64,000 bases of DNA from a virus. Positions 16,515 through 26,269 of the stretch are shown here, piece by piece. The notes beneath the pieces are model-generated. The model had not been told where the DNA came from, did no database searches, and saw only the letters and a list, made by a program, of their open reading frames with translations. Where the stretch lies: the UHGV virus genome UHGV-1430915; one strand, written 5' to 3'. The position numbers and the translations under genes are program-made. Numbering within the stretch: position 1 is the stretch's first letter; each line of letters starts with the position of its first letter.

Positions 16515-17858
16515 TTACTCTAAATCTTCTTCTGAGTCAAGCTTATCTTTCACAACTAAGTTCTGGGCAAGTTTGTAATAACGAAAGCCCCCACCACCTT
16601 GCCAGTTTACAGATTTAGAAATACCACTTTGATCTTCACCATCGATCACTTTTTGCAAGCGTGGAATAATATGGGTATGACAATGATCTCCTAGCTCAAC
16701 CGAGATCCAACGTCTTTTCATCTTGTGAGCTACAGCAGCAGTAGTCCCCGAACCGCCGAATGAATCCAATACTAAATCTCCTTCTCGCGTACACATTTCT
16801 AAAATCCGCTTCAAAAGCGCTTCAGGTTTTTTTCCATTTTTGAAACTAACGCCCCCTTCATTTGCTATTCCATTCCAACTAATGTCAGTCCAAACATCAG
16901 TTATTAGTTCAGCAGGCTGCATCTCACCGTCAATTTCCAAAAGCCTATTAGAATAAAAGACCATTTGCCTACCATTTGCGATATAAAAGCCTTCGACATC
17001 CTCATTTGGATGTACATAAACCTTATCCCTATCTTTCTTTGACTTCTCGATAGTTTCTTTTCTCTTTATTTTGGCACCACCGCCAATTGCAACGGATTGA
17101 AATACACGTTCTGCATTATCAATTGCAAATTGTGCTAATTCATCATCAAATGTATCAGGCAGTTTTTTCTTGGCTTCTTTTGTATCTTTATAGCCATTGG
17201 CCTTTGCAAACGCATCGGCAATACCGCACCACGTCCAACTTTTATAATGGTCATCTGGGTTTAATAGATATTTGTTATATCCCGTATCATACTCTTTAGG
17301 TATATAGATTTTGTTAAGTGGTTTCTTGGTACGATCTTTTGCATATACAAGCAAAAAGTTTGCTGTGGAGAAAACTGTAGTTCCTGTTGCCTTAAAGCCT
17401 GAAGGGCAATTTGTAGTCATCGATATGGTATTTAACTGATTTGCACGACCAAAAATCTCGTCCATCAAGACTTTTAAATAAGCCATTTCGCAGTCATCTA
17501 AGTGAACGAATATCACTCCATCATCGCTTAGCAGATTACGAATTATTTCTAATCTGTCCCGCATTAAGCCCAGCCAAATGGAGTGCTCCAGGCTATCATC
17601 GTAGTGCTCAAAATCCCTTCCGGTATTAAATGGCGGGTCTATGTAAACACACTTCACTTTGCCTGCATACTCTTGCTCTAGTGCCTTCAATGCCAGTAAG
17701 TTATCTCCAAAAATCAGTTTATTATCAAAAATATCGTTTTCGGTCACCTTTTTACTGGCGTGATAAGACTTGCTCGAATCTTCTAACAAAATGTGAGGCT
17801 CTAGCTTTTTGCGCTCGTTCTTACCTATCCAGGTAAGTTCTAATTTGGTTTTACTCAT
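16515..17858 (-). CDS. DNA amino-methyltransferase (N6-adenine or N4-cytosine; DPPF motif)
   Basis: Catalytic motif IV YIDPPFNTG; length and layout fit beta-class amino-MTases; target base cannot be told from sequence. Confidence 0.7.
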   Translation of the reverse strand: MSKTKLELTWIGKNERKKLEPHILLEDSSKSYHASKKVTENDIFDNKLIFGDNLLALKALEQEYAGKVKCVYIDPPFNTGRDFEHYDDSLEHSIWLGLMRDRLEIIRNLLSDDGVIFVHLDDCEMAYLKVLMDEIFGRANQLNTISMTTNCPSGFKATGTTVFSTANFLLVYAKDRTKKPLNKIYIPKEYDTGYNKYLLNPDDHYKSWTWCGIADAFAKANGYKDTKEAKKKLPDTFDDELAQFAIDNAERVFQSVAIGGGAKIKRKETIEKSKKDRDKVYVHPNEDVEGFYIANGRQMVFYSNRLLEIDGEMQPAELITDVWTDISWNGIANEGGVSFKNGKKPEALLKRILEMCTREGDLVLDSFGGSGTTAAVAHKMKRRWISVELGDHCHTHIIPRLQKVIDGEDQSGISKSVNWQGGGGFRYYKLAQNLVVKDKLDSEEDLE

Positions 17859-17919
17859 CGTTTGGTGCTCTCCTTAGTTTTTGTGGGGAGGAGTGCCTCC
17901 CCTTTATACTCACATCTTA

Positions 17920-18261
17920 CTACTCAAGGTCTTCAGAGTCAAGCTCAAAAAGAATCAAACTGTGCATGCCTGCAGAGAGATCAACACACCCTGCAACAAT
18001 AAGGGTTTGATAGTAAGGTTCAGCACCCTCAATATCTTCGTTAAAATCCACAACAAGGTAGTCACCTTTGTTAAAGGTGTATTTGTCCGATGTAAACGCA
18101 AAACCTGCCCAGTCCCCTACTGCAGGATCTTTATCAGTCACCTTTGTTAGCAGTAGATCTTTTTCACGAGATCTTTTAGTAAAATCGTGAATCACAACAT
18201 CCTTCTCTTCAGGAGTCGGATTGCCACACACGTAGTTAACGATATTTCTCCACAAACTCAT
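17920..18261 (-). CDS. hypothetical protein (113 aa)
   Basis: ORF track; 4-nt overlap with the helicase gene. Confidence 0.5.
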   Translation of the reverse strand: MSLWRNIVNYVCGNPTPEEKDVVIHDFTKRSREKDLLLTKVTDKDPAVGDWAGFAFTSDKYTFNKGDYLVVDFNEDIEGAEPYYQTLIVAGCVDLSAGMHSLILFELDSEDLE

Positions 18262-19628
18262 ACGTCCCCCTTTTCTGCTCTAGTTTCAAAATCTTTCCTG
18301 ACTTTCTCGTCTAAGCCAGGGAAAGTTGTATTATAAAACTCTACGACTCTCGGGTCAACAATAATATCCACCTCTCTTAATGGACGCAACAAGTTTATTC
18401 CTTGTATCGTCTTAACCCGACTCAAGGCAACATACGTCATTCCGGGAGAGAAAGCTCCGTTCTTTCCGAGGTCTAGGTTGTAACAATCTAACGTAAGTCC
18501 TTGACTTTTATGCGATGTTACTGCGTACCCAGATTTCAAAGGAAGTTGCTCATAAGACCCGATCACAACCCTCTCTATGAACTTCTCCATCTTCCTTTCG
18601 GCAATATTGTACCTCTGGGAAGGTTTGTACTCGTTATTCTCCCACAATCTTGGCTCAATTTCAACCTGTGTTCCGTCTTCTAGCTCAACTACTACGGATT
18701 TGGTCTTGAATTTTACCACTGTGGCACGTGTCCCGTTAACATAATACGGAACTTTGTGAGTAGGGTCAACATCGTTTGAGGTTATCATAACCTTCATCCC
18801 TATCTTCAGCCTCATTTCCTGCTCCACAGGTAGTGTGGAAGGGAACTTACCTTTCATTTTACCAATGTAGGTCTTCTCTGGGGCCTTGATGGCATCATAG
18901 AAACGTCTGTTCACCTCCTCTGCTTGCTTATTGGTGGCACAGATGGTCAAGGCATCTGTTGGGACACCACCATGATAGCAACGAGTGTTAAGCTCTGCTA
19001 CAACCTCTTTTATGCGACGACCTTCACGAACACAGTTCAACATTGTGGCGAAGCGAACAGATTCCTGACGGAACTGGTCTACTAAGGCTATGTTGTGAAG
19101 ATTAAGATCCTCCCAAGATTCTGTATAGCAACACAGGTCTGTGTGGTAGAAGTTGAAGTAGGCTTCTTTCTCCATAGAAGAGACAACTGGAGGTGCTTGG
19201 TAGAAATCTCCAAACAATAACACCTGAATGCCTCCGAAAGGTTTGTCATTTTTCCGAAGAAAGCGGAGTTTTCTATCCATCTCTATGAACTTGTCAGCAC
19301 GGATCATAGAGATTTCATCGATAATCAGGATGGTAAATGCCTTGCTTTTCAGAGGCTTTGCTGTTTTTGCCCTTATTGCTGTCCAGTCTGACTCCATGCT
19401 CACACCTGCGGCAAGATCGAAAGTTCGGTGCGCTGTTGCTCCATTAACGTTTAAAGCGGCTACCCCTGTCGGGGCAACCGTTATGCAAGAGTCTCCATAC
19501 ATGGACTGGATCATGTTGATAAGATATGTCTTCCCGGTTCCACCAGGTCCACTTACGAAGACATTCTCACCGCTCATGATTGCAACAAGGGCAGCATCTG
19601 TGCCTACATCGTACTGCCCTTTTTCCAT
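18258..19628 (-). CDS. SF1 DNA helicase, Dda/RecD/PIF1-like
   Basis: Walker A GPGGTGKT, Walker B IIDEISMI, C-terminal VTSHKSQG motif. Confidence 0.75.
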   Translation of the reverse strand: MEKGQYDVGTDAALVAIMSGENVFVSGPGGTGKTYLINMIQSMYGDSCITVAPTGVAALNVNGATAHRTFDLAAGVSMESDWTAIRAKTAKPLKSKAFTILIIDEISMIRADKFIEMDRKLRFLRKNDKPFGGIQVLLFGDFYQAPPVVSSMEKEAYFNFYHTDLCCYTESWEDLNLHNIALVDQFRQESVRFATMLNCVREGRRIKEVVAELNTRCYHGGVPTDALTICATNKQAEEVNRRFYDAIKAPEKTYIGKMKGKFPSTLPVEQEMRLKIGMKVMITSNDVDPTHKVPYYVNGTRATVVKFKTKSVVVELEDGTQVEIEPRLWENNEYKPSQRYNIAERKMEKFIERVVIGSYEQLPLKSGYAVTSHKSQGLTLDCYNLDLGKNGAFSPGMTYVALSRVKTIQGINLLRPLREVDIIVDPRVVEFYNTTFPGLDEKVRKDFETRAEKGDV

Positions 19629-20833
19629 TACGCCTCCTCGTAGATAATGTCGATAGTATTACCGTCGCGGTCAACCACGTACTCAATTGGGTCGCCATCT
19701 TTGCGCGATTCTGGAGCTACTACGATTTCGTAGCGGCATGCACGGCACTTGGCGCTGTTGTGTTGGTAAGGTACACTAACTACATCGGCAGGGTCAACCA
19801 TAACCGTCATCACAGTTCCGTAGCTCTTTGCATACTCTTTGCTGGCACAGTGCAGGCCATAAGAGCATGCAGCTTCCGGATCATCCTCTACAAAGTTACG
19901 AGGCATGGATACAAAAGCCCCCTGGTATTGTGGGACTTTACCACTGTGCCAATCCACCCACTTGTCGCCGTTAAACTGAACCCCTTTGTAGCAAATGATT
20001 CGACCATCTTCTGCAATCTGAATGTCGTTTGCCTGCATAAAATCGTAGAGCATGTTTACAGATTTTGCAGAAGGATTGCGTAGCAGGCGAACGAGGAATT
20101 TCACATAGCGGTCATCCAGTGTTCCGTCTGCATAATCTTTCTCAATTTTCTTTGCAATGGTGGATCGCATCTCTACACCGTAGTAGTAGAGCTTACCATC
20201 TTTCATGATCAGGTTGTCTGCAAGTGTGGTGAACTCATTCTTGCGTTCCAGCCAGACAAGGATTTCACCAATTGCCTCGTCATATTCCTGAACAGAGATA
20301 TGGTCGAAGACTTTCTGGTAAACTTCCTCACTTTCACTGCGGCGAATTTCAAAAATACCTTCGTTGCAGGTGATCTGGAGGAGTTCCCCGCAAATAACCA
20401 CCAAAGGCTCGATGCTTCGGGTCTGTTGCTGAGACACACTGCTCACCACCTCCAGCACCGGGTCTTTTACTTCTACTAAAGGTTCTTCTGACTTGATTGC
20501 TACCCCAGTGAACCCTACACCGTGAACAACACACAGTGGATATACCACACCCCAACGTTTAACGGAACCTTCTCCTAAATCTAAGATCATGGCGTACTTA
20601 CCGTTATCTTCCAGCCCATATCGAAATAAACGGGCCTCTTCACGGGTTTCAAAATCCTCACGGGTGTAGCAGACGCTGTCACGGTCAGGATCGAACAACT
20701 CTGGGGCACCTACTGCCAGTGTCCAGGTTGTGTTACCTTTCTCAATAGCGCATGTGAAACCCTTCTTCTCAAGCTCTGCACGGCGGTCACGTGCTTCTTT
20801 ACGAGTTTTGAAATGTTCGTAGATGAAAATCAT
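19628..20833 (-). CDS. hypothetical protein; possible rIIB-like partner of the upstream GHKL ATPase
   Basis: Sits immediately downstream of the rIIA-like gene; start moved to ATG at 20833 (SD AAGGAGA); no diagnostic motif seen. Confidence 0.4.
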   Translation of the reverse strand: MIFIYEHFKTRKEARDRRAELEKKGFTCAIEKGNTTWTLAVGAPELFDPDRDSVCYTREDFETREEARLFRYGLEDNGKYAMILDLGEGSVKRWGVVYPLCVVHGVGFTGVAIKSEEPLVEVKDPVLEVVSSVSQQQTRSIEPLVVICGELLQITCNEGIFEIRRSESEEVYQKVFDHISVQEYDEAIGEILVWLERKNEFTTLADNLIMKDGKLYYYGVEMRSTIAKKIEKDYADGTLDDRYVKFLVRLLRNPSAKSVNMLYDFMQANDIQIAEDGRIICYKGVQFNGDKWVDWHSGKVPQYQGAFVSMPRNFVEDDPEAACSYGLHCASKEYAKSYGTVMTVMVDPADVVSVPYQHNSAKCRACRYEIVVAPESRKDGDPIEYVVDRDGNTIDIIYEEA

Positions 20834-20843
20834 CTTGGTCTCC

Positions 20844-22826
20844 TTATTTGATGTTATTCTTTGTATCAATCAGTTCACGGTATTCAATCATAGCAGGAGT
20901 GTCCCAATATTTCAAGCCTACATGCTTCAAAAGTGGATATTTCTTTTCCAATCTTGCAATATAGGCCTTCCCGCACTTAACCCGGTTGGCGATTAAGATT
21001 TTGGCACGATGATTTAGCTCACCGTACTTCCACGTGGTGCTACCTTCCCACTTGTGGAAATGTGGCCGATAACTTCCAAAATCCTGCATGGGGATAATTT
21101 TACCTAACTGTCTGTACAGGCTGTCATATGAAGTTTCATTTGCTGCGCGAGTTAGTAAGAATTTCCAAGCATCCTCTTTCAACAAATGTTCCACATTCTT
21201 CTCTGTAACATATTGGCAATCAGGATCAGTCCAAAGCAGACGAGATTCCGACACCAGGTACAGATCTTCCCCTTCAGGAATCTGGAGTGCCGCACGCACA
21301 CGGTCATAATCTTGCTGGTAGATGTTGCTCATCTGCCCTAGCCAACAACTTCCGCGTTGGATATCCCCCTCATACGGTATGCAGTGCTTAATCTTCCTGA
21401 ACTCTGCCTTAGTAATACGCTCACGCCGGAAGTAACCATCCTTCTCAAGTTTTTTAACCCAATAGCCTGGTTCGTAACGGGTTTTGGTTTCACCTTTCTT
21501 CGTAGGTCGGCGTGGAAGCTCCGATAACAATTTGACCGTATCTGCAAAAAACGGATGGTGTGCCGCCTCTTTAAACTCTTTCACCAGATCCGTGTTACGG
21601 CAATAGAAAACGTTGCGTCCGGTAATCTCGCTTAAGTAGTTACACTTATTCCGGTTATATTTGCCGTCTCCGTCGTTAAATACTAAATAAACTCCCCGTA
21701 AGAATTCTACCTTTCCGTAGCAGGCGTAACCTATGCGGCCTTTATTTAAGCCGCCAGCGAAGATCTCGCAGTCCCCCAAATTTCCTAGCCCTGTTTCTTC
21801 CCAGCGGTCATACATAAAATTCTTACCGAAGATGTGCCCGAACACTCCACTGTTCTTCATCATCTCGCGTGCTTCTGAGGATGTTTTTGCTGTCTCCAGT
21901 TCTGCAACAACTTCTGCTCCACGAAGGCGAATGCCTTCTTTGACAAAAGCTTCCAAACGCTCTTGGAATCCACCATCGTCGTGACCTTCTATGGTCCATT
22001 CACGCCCTGGGTTAATATTGCAATCTCCGATAGGGATCTCTACACAAATTGCAGGATAATCTATTAGTGTCTCCAGGAACTTAGAACGGTAAGGTTGGTG
22101 ACCCATTACCACACGACTCTCGTCAGAGCTGGTATAACCCTTCAGGATGGTCATCTTCCAACCATCTTTTTCATAATAATACTGCGCCTCTACTTTGTCT
22201 CCCTCCAGCATCTTGCTCGTCATCGGGTCGGTGACAGTGAACGGAAATTTTGCATAGCGCAGGCATGATGCAATAGCGGTGCGATATTTCAGAACATGCT
22301 CTTTCTTAACATGAAACTGAACTTTTACCCCGTTGTGCTCTTCAGTCTTCCGCTCACGGATCTTGGTGACATTTGGGATACCCTGGTCCAAGAACAATAG
22401 GTATGTGCTTTCCACACCGTTGTGCACACTGATTACATCGAAAGTGTCCACCATGCTGAACGGGGCCTTTGAACCAACACCTTTATTGCCTACCAGAGCG
22501 TTGCTGTTGCGCTTGGTCGACTCACCGAGGTTCATGAAAGTGTTACGGACCATCTCTTCTGACATGCCTAATCCAACGTCCTGCACAAAGAAGTATGGTT
22601 CAAGGTCTGTAGGAGAGTGAATGATGATCGGTACATCACCTCGTCCAGACTCAACATGTGAGTCCACAGCATTGAAGATCGGTTCACGGCAGCTTGCCAG
22701 TACCTTATCTTCATAAATCCCTTTGATGATTAGCCCAAAAGTCTCTTTGTTCAGAGAAATTGATCCCCTGGTTACCTCCATATTCCCAGTTAGCACCGCT
22801 TTAGTTTCATTGCTGTTTACAATCAT
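20844..22826 (-). CDS. rIIA-like protein with N-terminal GHKL (histidine-kinase-like) ATPase domain
   Basis: N-box REPIFNAVDS, G1 box VQDVGLGM, G2 box GNKGVGSKAPF in the first ~130 aa; size and a downstream partner gene fit the rIIA/rIIB arrangement. Confidence 0.5.
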   Translation of the reverse strand: MIVNSNETKAVLTGNMEVTRGSISLNKETFGLIIKGIYEDKVLASCREPIFNAVDSHVESGRGDVPIIIHSPTDLEPYFFVQDVGLGMSEEMVRNTFMNLGESTKRNSNALVGNKGVGSKAPFSMVDTFDVISVHNGVESTYLLFLDQGIPNVTKIRERKTEEHNGVKVQFHVKKEHVLKYRTAIASCLRYAKFPFTVTDPMTSKMLEGDKVEAQYYYEKDGWKMTILKGYTSSDESRVVMGHQPYRSKFLETLIDYPAICVEIPIGDCNINPGREWTIEGHDDGGFQERLEAFVKEGIRLRGAEVVAELETAKTSSEAREMMKNSGVFGHIFGKNFMYDRWEETGLGNLGDCEIFAGGLNKGRIGYACYGKVEFLRGVYLVFNDGDGKYNRNKCNYLSEITGRNVFYCRNTDLVKEFKEAAHHPFFADTVKLLSELPRRPTKKGETKTRYEPGYWVKKLEKDGYFRRERITKAEFRKIKHCIPYEGDIQRGSCWLGQMSNIYQQDYDRVRAALQIPEGEDLYLVSESRLLWTDPDCQYVTEKNVEHLLKEDAWKFLLTRAANETSYDSLYRQLGKIIPMQDFGSYRPHFHKWEGSTTWKYGELNHRAKILIANRVKCGKAYIARLEKKYPLLKHVGLKYWDTPAMIEYRELIDTKNNIK

Positions 22827-23323
22827 TTATTGCGCTCCTTGTAGTAGATATGGCTCCCGAATTGAGCTGTCCTCTGCATCTTTTTTGCCCATTTCGGTCG
22901 TACTTTTGTTGTATGGTAGTGTGTTGCTCCGCCTGTTATATCCATAGCCATGTATGCAACATGGTTGTTATTATAGACCTTTAGAAGCATCTTTGCAAGA
23001 CTTTTAGCGTGATCCCATGAATCTTTTTCTGTCACCTTAAAAGTTTTGCCGTGGTTTGTCCACGAAAACTGGTTAGGTTGGTAGACAATCTTTCTTATAG
23101 TATCTGGGTATTTGGGGTGGGATTTCCTGTTTAGTGTGGCAAATCCGGATGCCAGCATACCCATCGTGCCATCCCCTCTAGCCTCCCTGTAGATATTGCA
23201 TGCTAGAATGTTTTCCTTAGTATCCGACGGCTTGCAAGTGTGATATACTTTTTGTTTTGGTGCTGCAACAACAGGCAGCGATAAAAATGCGCTCAAAATA
23301 ATAGCAAAGATTTTAATTTTCAC
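22823..23323 (-). CDS. secreted cell-wall hydrolase, SleB/CwlJ (Hydrolase_2) family; endolysin candidate
   Basis: Signal peptide MKIKIFAIILSAFLSLPVVAAP; catalytic-region motif NIYREARGDG...ATLNRK (EARG[DE] ... LNR). Confidence 0.65.
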   Translation of the reverse strand: MKIKIFAIILSAFLSLPVVAAPKQKVYHTCKPSDTKENILACNIYREARGDGTMGMLASGFATLNRKSHPKYPDTIRKIVYQPNQFSWTNHGKTFKVTEKDSWDHAKSLAKMLLKVYNNNHVAYMAMDITGGATHYHTTKVRPKWAKKMQRTAQFGSHIYYKERNK

Positions 23324-23334
23324 AATAGCTCCAA

Positions 23335-23360
23335 ATAGAAAATCCCCGCCGAAGCGGGGT
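23335..23360 (-). terminator. rho-independent terminator (minus strand), UUCG-loop family
   Basis: CCCCGC-UUCG-GCGGGG hairpin on the minus transcript followed by AUUUUCUAUUU. Confidence 0.55.
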
Positions 23361-23372
23361 GTGTCTTAGAAA

Positions 23373-23753
23373 TTAATCGTAGTGTGCCAAAATCTCTCCA
23401 TCGTTGCAAGTCCCCTCTACGAAGTTGTGAAGATTCATGCATTCATCTTGATAGAAGAATTTACCGCTTTTCAGCCGTAGACCAAACAACTCCGCATCTC
23501 CACGATGGCAAGCCTCTACAAGTTCATAGATTTCATACGGTAATTCCCCATCGTCATGGAAGAACCCCGCTTTATCGTTGACATAGATGAAGAAATAGTC
23601 ACTGCTGTCGCAAGCGTCCAGTATTTTAAACCAGATTTCATCCACATCTTTTTCTCGGATATCGATCACACAAGCGGAGCTGCATTCGTACTCCTTCTCC
23701 GGCTCCTCGGTCAATACCACCAAGTAGTTTCCCCGCTTACCTACTTTAGCCAT
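23373..23753 (-). CDS. hypothetical protein (126 aa)
   Basis: ORF track. Confidence 0.5.
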   Translation of the reverse strand: MAKVGKRGNYLVVLTEEPEKEYECSSACVIDIREKDVDEIWFKILDACDSSDYFFIYVNDKAGFFHDDGELPYEIYELVEACHRGDAELFGLRLKSGKFFYQDECMNLHNFVEGTCNDGEILAHYD

Positions 23754-23762
23754 ACAACCTCC

Positions 23763-24947
23763 TCAAGCTTTAGCTAAAATGGCGCTAAACTCTTCACCAA
23801 ACTCTTTTACAATCTTCATCAGGTTTGGGTATGCTTTGATCAGCTGAGCAACGATCTTGTCCCTGCCTTTACCAATAAGTAAGGCATTTCCTAAGGCGTT
23901 AGGTTTCATCATCGCCATAAAGACTGAGAATACAAAGTCTCGGTTCTCATCCTTGAAATTTTCCCAAAGGAAATCAAGGAAGTTTGCCACACAGCTGACG
24001 AGATCTTCGTCGGAGATACTTGCATTTTCCATCATATTACGAATAGCGATACAACCTTCAGACCCCAGAATCCACAAGATGTCTGGCTGCTTAGGACCTA
24101 CATATTCTTTGCAGCCTCCTGCCATAATCCGACCGATTTCTGGCAAGTTTCGTTTCTTGGTGTGGTAGGTCCAAATTTCTACCGCTGCAGTGTGACCAAT
24201 TGCACCTTGTAGAAGGACACGGGCCATAGCGTCAGAAATAATACCGCTGTCAAAATCGTGCAGGATGTCAGATGCAGCAACCCAAGATCGCGGTGTAGCA
24301 AAAGATGGACAATTAATCTCAGCCATGGCCTCATAATTATCGATGGCTGATGGGACTCTTTTCAGATATCCAATTACCGAGGAGTGCACCCCATTAAGGA
24401 ATGCATAGTCCTCAATAAACACCTCTGCACTGCTTGTAACTTCTACAATGATAAAGCGGTTAGCTAGAGGAGCTTCGAGCGCCGAAAGAACAGCACCGTC
24501 TGTAGCACGGTTACCTGCAGCTACAAAAACAGAGCCCTTAGGAAATGCATAGGTGCCGCACTTGTGGTCGAGCATAATTTGCATTGCAACCTTCTGCAGG
24601 TAGTTATCTGCATGAGTAAGCTCATCTAGAAAGATAATTCCGCTCCAGTCCGGATCTGCAGGCCAAAATTCTGGAATTGCAAACACTGTGCGTGTAGTCC
24701 CATCCGACTCTACAGGGATAGGTAGCCCAGATAAGTCAGCAGGATCTTTATCTGACAACCGCACGTCAACCAGGTTGTCATCTCGCTCACCGAACATATT
24801 ATCAGCAATCTGCTTCATCACCTGGCTCTTCCCCACGCCCATCGGTCCTAAAATCAGGACAGATCGGTTATGACGCTGGGCAAATTGAATAATAGCTGGC
24901 AACTCGCGGACAGTGATTTGACCACTTTCGAATACGTTTCTTGACAT
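23763..24947 (-). CDS. MoxR/CobS-type AAA+ ATPase (AAA_5)
   Basis: Walker A ILGPMGVGKS, Walker B IIFLDELTHAD, sensor region AAGNRATDG; 394 aa. Confidence 0.7.
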   Translation of the reverse strand: MSRNVFESGQITVRELPAIIQFAQRHNRSVLILGPMGVGKSQVMKQIADNMFGERDDNLVDVRLSDKDPADLSGLPIPVESDGTTRTVFAIPEFWPADPDWSGIIFLDELTHADNYLQKVAMQIMLDHKCGTYAFPKGSVFVAAGNRATDGAVLSALEAPLANRFIIVEVTSSAEVFIEDYAFLNGVHSSVIGYLKRVPSAIDNYEAMAEINCPSFATPRSWVAASDILHDFDSGIISDAMARVLLQGAIGHTAAVEIWTYHTKKRNLPEIGRIMAGGCKEYVGPKQPDILWILGSEGCIAIRNMMENASISDEDLVSCVANFLDFLWENFKDENRDFVFSVFMAMMKPNALGNALLIGKGRDKIVAQLIKAYPNLMKIVKEFGEEFSAILAKA

Positions 24948-25216
24948 TAGTAAAAGTCCTCTACTTGTGTGTAAGTGTTTTCAAAGTTTTCCAAAACAGA
25001 CATCACATCGGATCTGTCAATATCATACGCAACTCTCCAGCCATATGCAACCCTTTCTGCTGTTGCCTCTTCTGGCGCTAGTCGTCTGCTGGCATAAAAG
25101 AGTGTTGGAGTACACTTTCTTGCTTGCCCTCTAACTTTCCCATAATAATATCTGTGAATATCTTTGTCAAAATTTAATTCTTTTTCTGCACGAAGTTCGT
25201 ACTGCTGGTATAACAT
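24947..25216 (-). CDS. hypothetical protein (89 aa)
   Basis: ORF track. Confidence 0.45.
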   Translation of the reverse strand: MLYQQYELRAEKELNFDKDIHRYYYGKVRGQARKCTPTLFYASRRLAPEEATAERVAYGWRVAYDIDRSDVMSVLENFENTYTQVEDFY

Positions 25217-25260
25217 CTCTACTGCTCCTTAAGCAGCATCCTTGCCGCCATCCCTACCCA

Positions 25261-25641
25261 CTAAAATGCAGTCCGAATCCAGACAAGGTTCTTATCTGCC
25301 CAATCATAGAGGCAAGTCATTGCACTATTGAATTGCTCACACGGAGGGTAATCTTCTTCCATCTTGCGCATAGCAGAGCCTTGTGGGTAAAGCTCCCGTG
25401 CTGCAAACCACGCGTCGTAGTCATCAACGGTATCGAAGTAGTATACAACATCCTCCAACTCAGGATCGAACTTTGAACTATCAGGATCCAGCTGTTCAGG
25501 GAACTTGGAGCGTAACTTGCCAGCCACAATACTTGCCAACTCGCTAACATGTTTGTTGTCCCACTCTACCAGTTTCCCGTCTTCAGTTATGCGTCCTAAC
25601 CACTGATCATGAAGGTCAACTGTTGTCTTCCACTGGGCCAT
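25261..25641 (-). CDS. hypothetical protein (126 aa)
   Basis: ORF track. Confidence 0.5.
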   Translation of the reverse strand: MAQWKTTVDLHDQWLGRITEDGKLVEWDNKHVSELASIVAGKLRSKFPEQLDPDSSKFDPELEDVVYYFDTVDDYDAWFAARELYPQGSAMRKMEEDYPPCEQFNSAMTCLYDWADKNLVWIRTAF

Positions 25642-25643
25642 TA

Positions 25644-25901
25644 TCAGTCTACCTCTTCTTCTCGTTGCAGTTCAAGATACCCATAGGTCTGGATATCTTC
25701 AAAGGTGTGGAACTCTCCATCTGCCGCTAAGGCACGGACAACCTGGCATAGAGTTTTATAAGGTACTTTCTCCAAACCCATATTCAGCGCAGGAAAAACC
25801 TTATCTAAGTCAACAAAATATACAAACTGTAGCTCACCAGTTTCAAAAGGCGTATCTTCGATAAACATCTTCTCGGCATTAGTTAAGATTTGCACTTTCA
25901 T
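25644..25901 (-). CDS. hypothetical protein (85 aa)
   Basis: ORF track. Confidence 0.45.
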   Translation of the reverse strand: MKVQILTNAEKMFIEDTPFETGELQFVYFVDLDKVFPALNMGLEKVPYKTLCQVVRALAADGEFHTFEDIQTYGYLELQREEEVD

Positions 25902-26257
25902 TATTCTGCCTCCTCTTCTTTTTCTTCAGCATTAGTTTCAGTACCACCCCACTCTGGAGTTTCCACCTCGACAGTAAACTCACGCACTACACGGTAATTG
26001 CCCATGAAGCGCTCCACTTCTTCAAGGCTTATGGAGAGGCCATTGGCAACCAAGTCTGCAGCACCCTTCTCTACCAGGTAGTCCAGATTAGCTTCCAAGG
26101 CTTCAGGCTCAAACCCTGTCAATGCAATCATATAACCTTCCCCTTCATCAGGGAGGGCAATACAGCCCAACTGATTTTCTTTAAAAAAGCAGTGACCATC
26201 ACTATTGATTGGTTGCTCATTGCAGTAAATAGCTGCACGATAAGTAACTTTAGACAT
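25901..26257 (-). CDS. hypothetical acidic protein (118 aa)
   Basis: ORF track. Confidence 0.5.
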   Translation of the reverse strand: MSKVTYRAAIYCNEQPINSDGHCFFKENQLGCIALPDEGEGYMIALTGFEPEALEANLDYLVEKGAADLVANGLSISLEEVERFMGNYRVVREFTVEVETPEWGGTETNAEEKEEEAE

Positions 26258-26269
26258 TGATAGGCCTCC

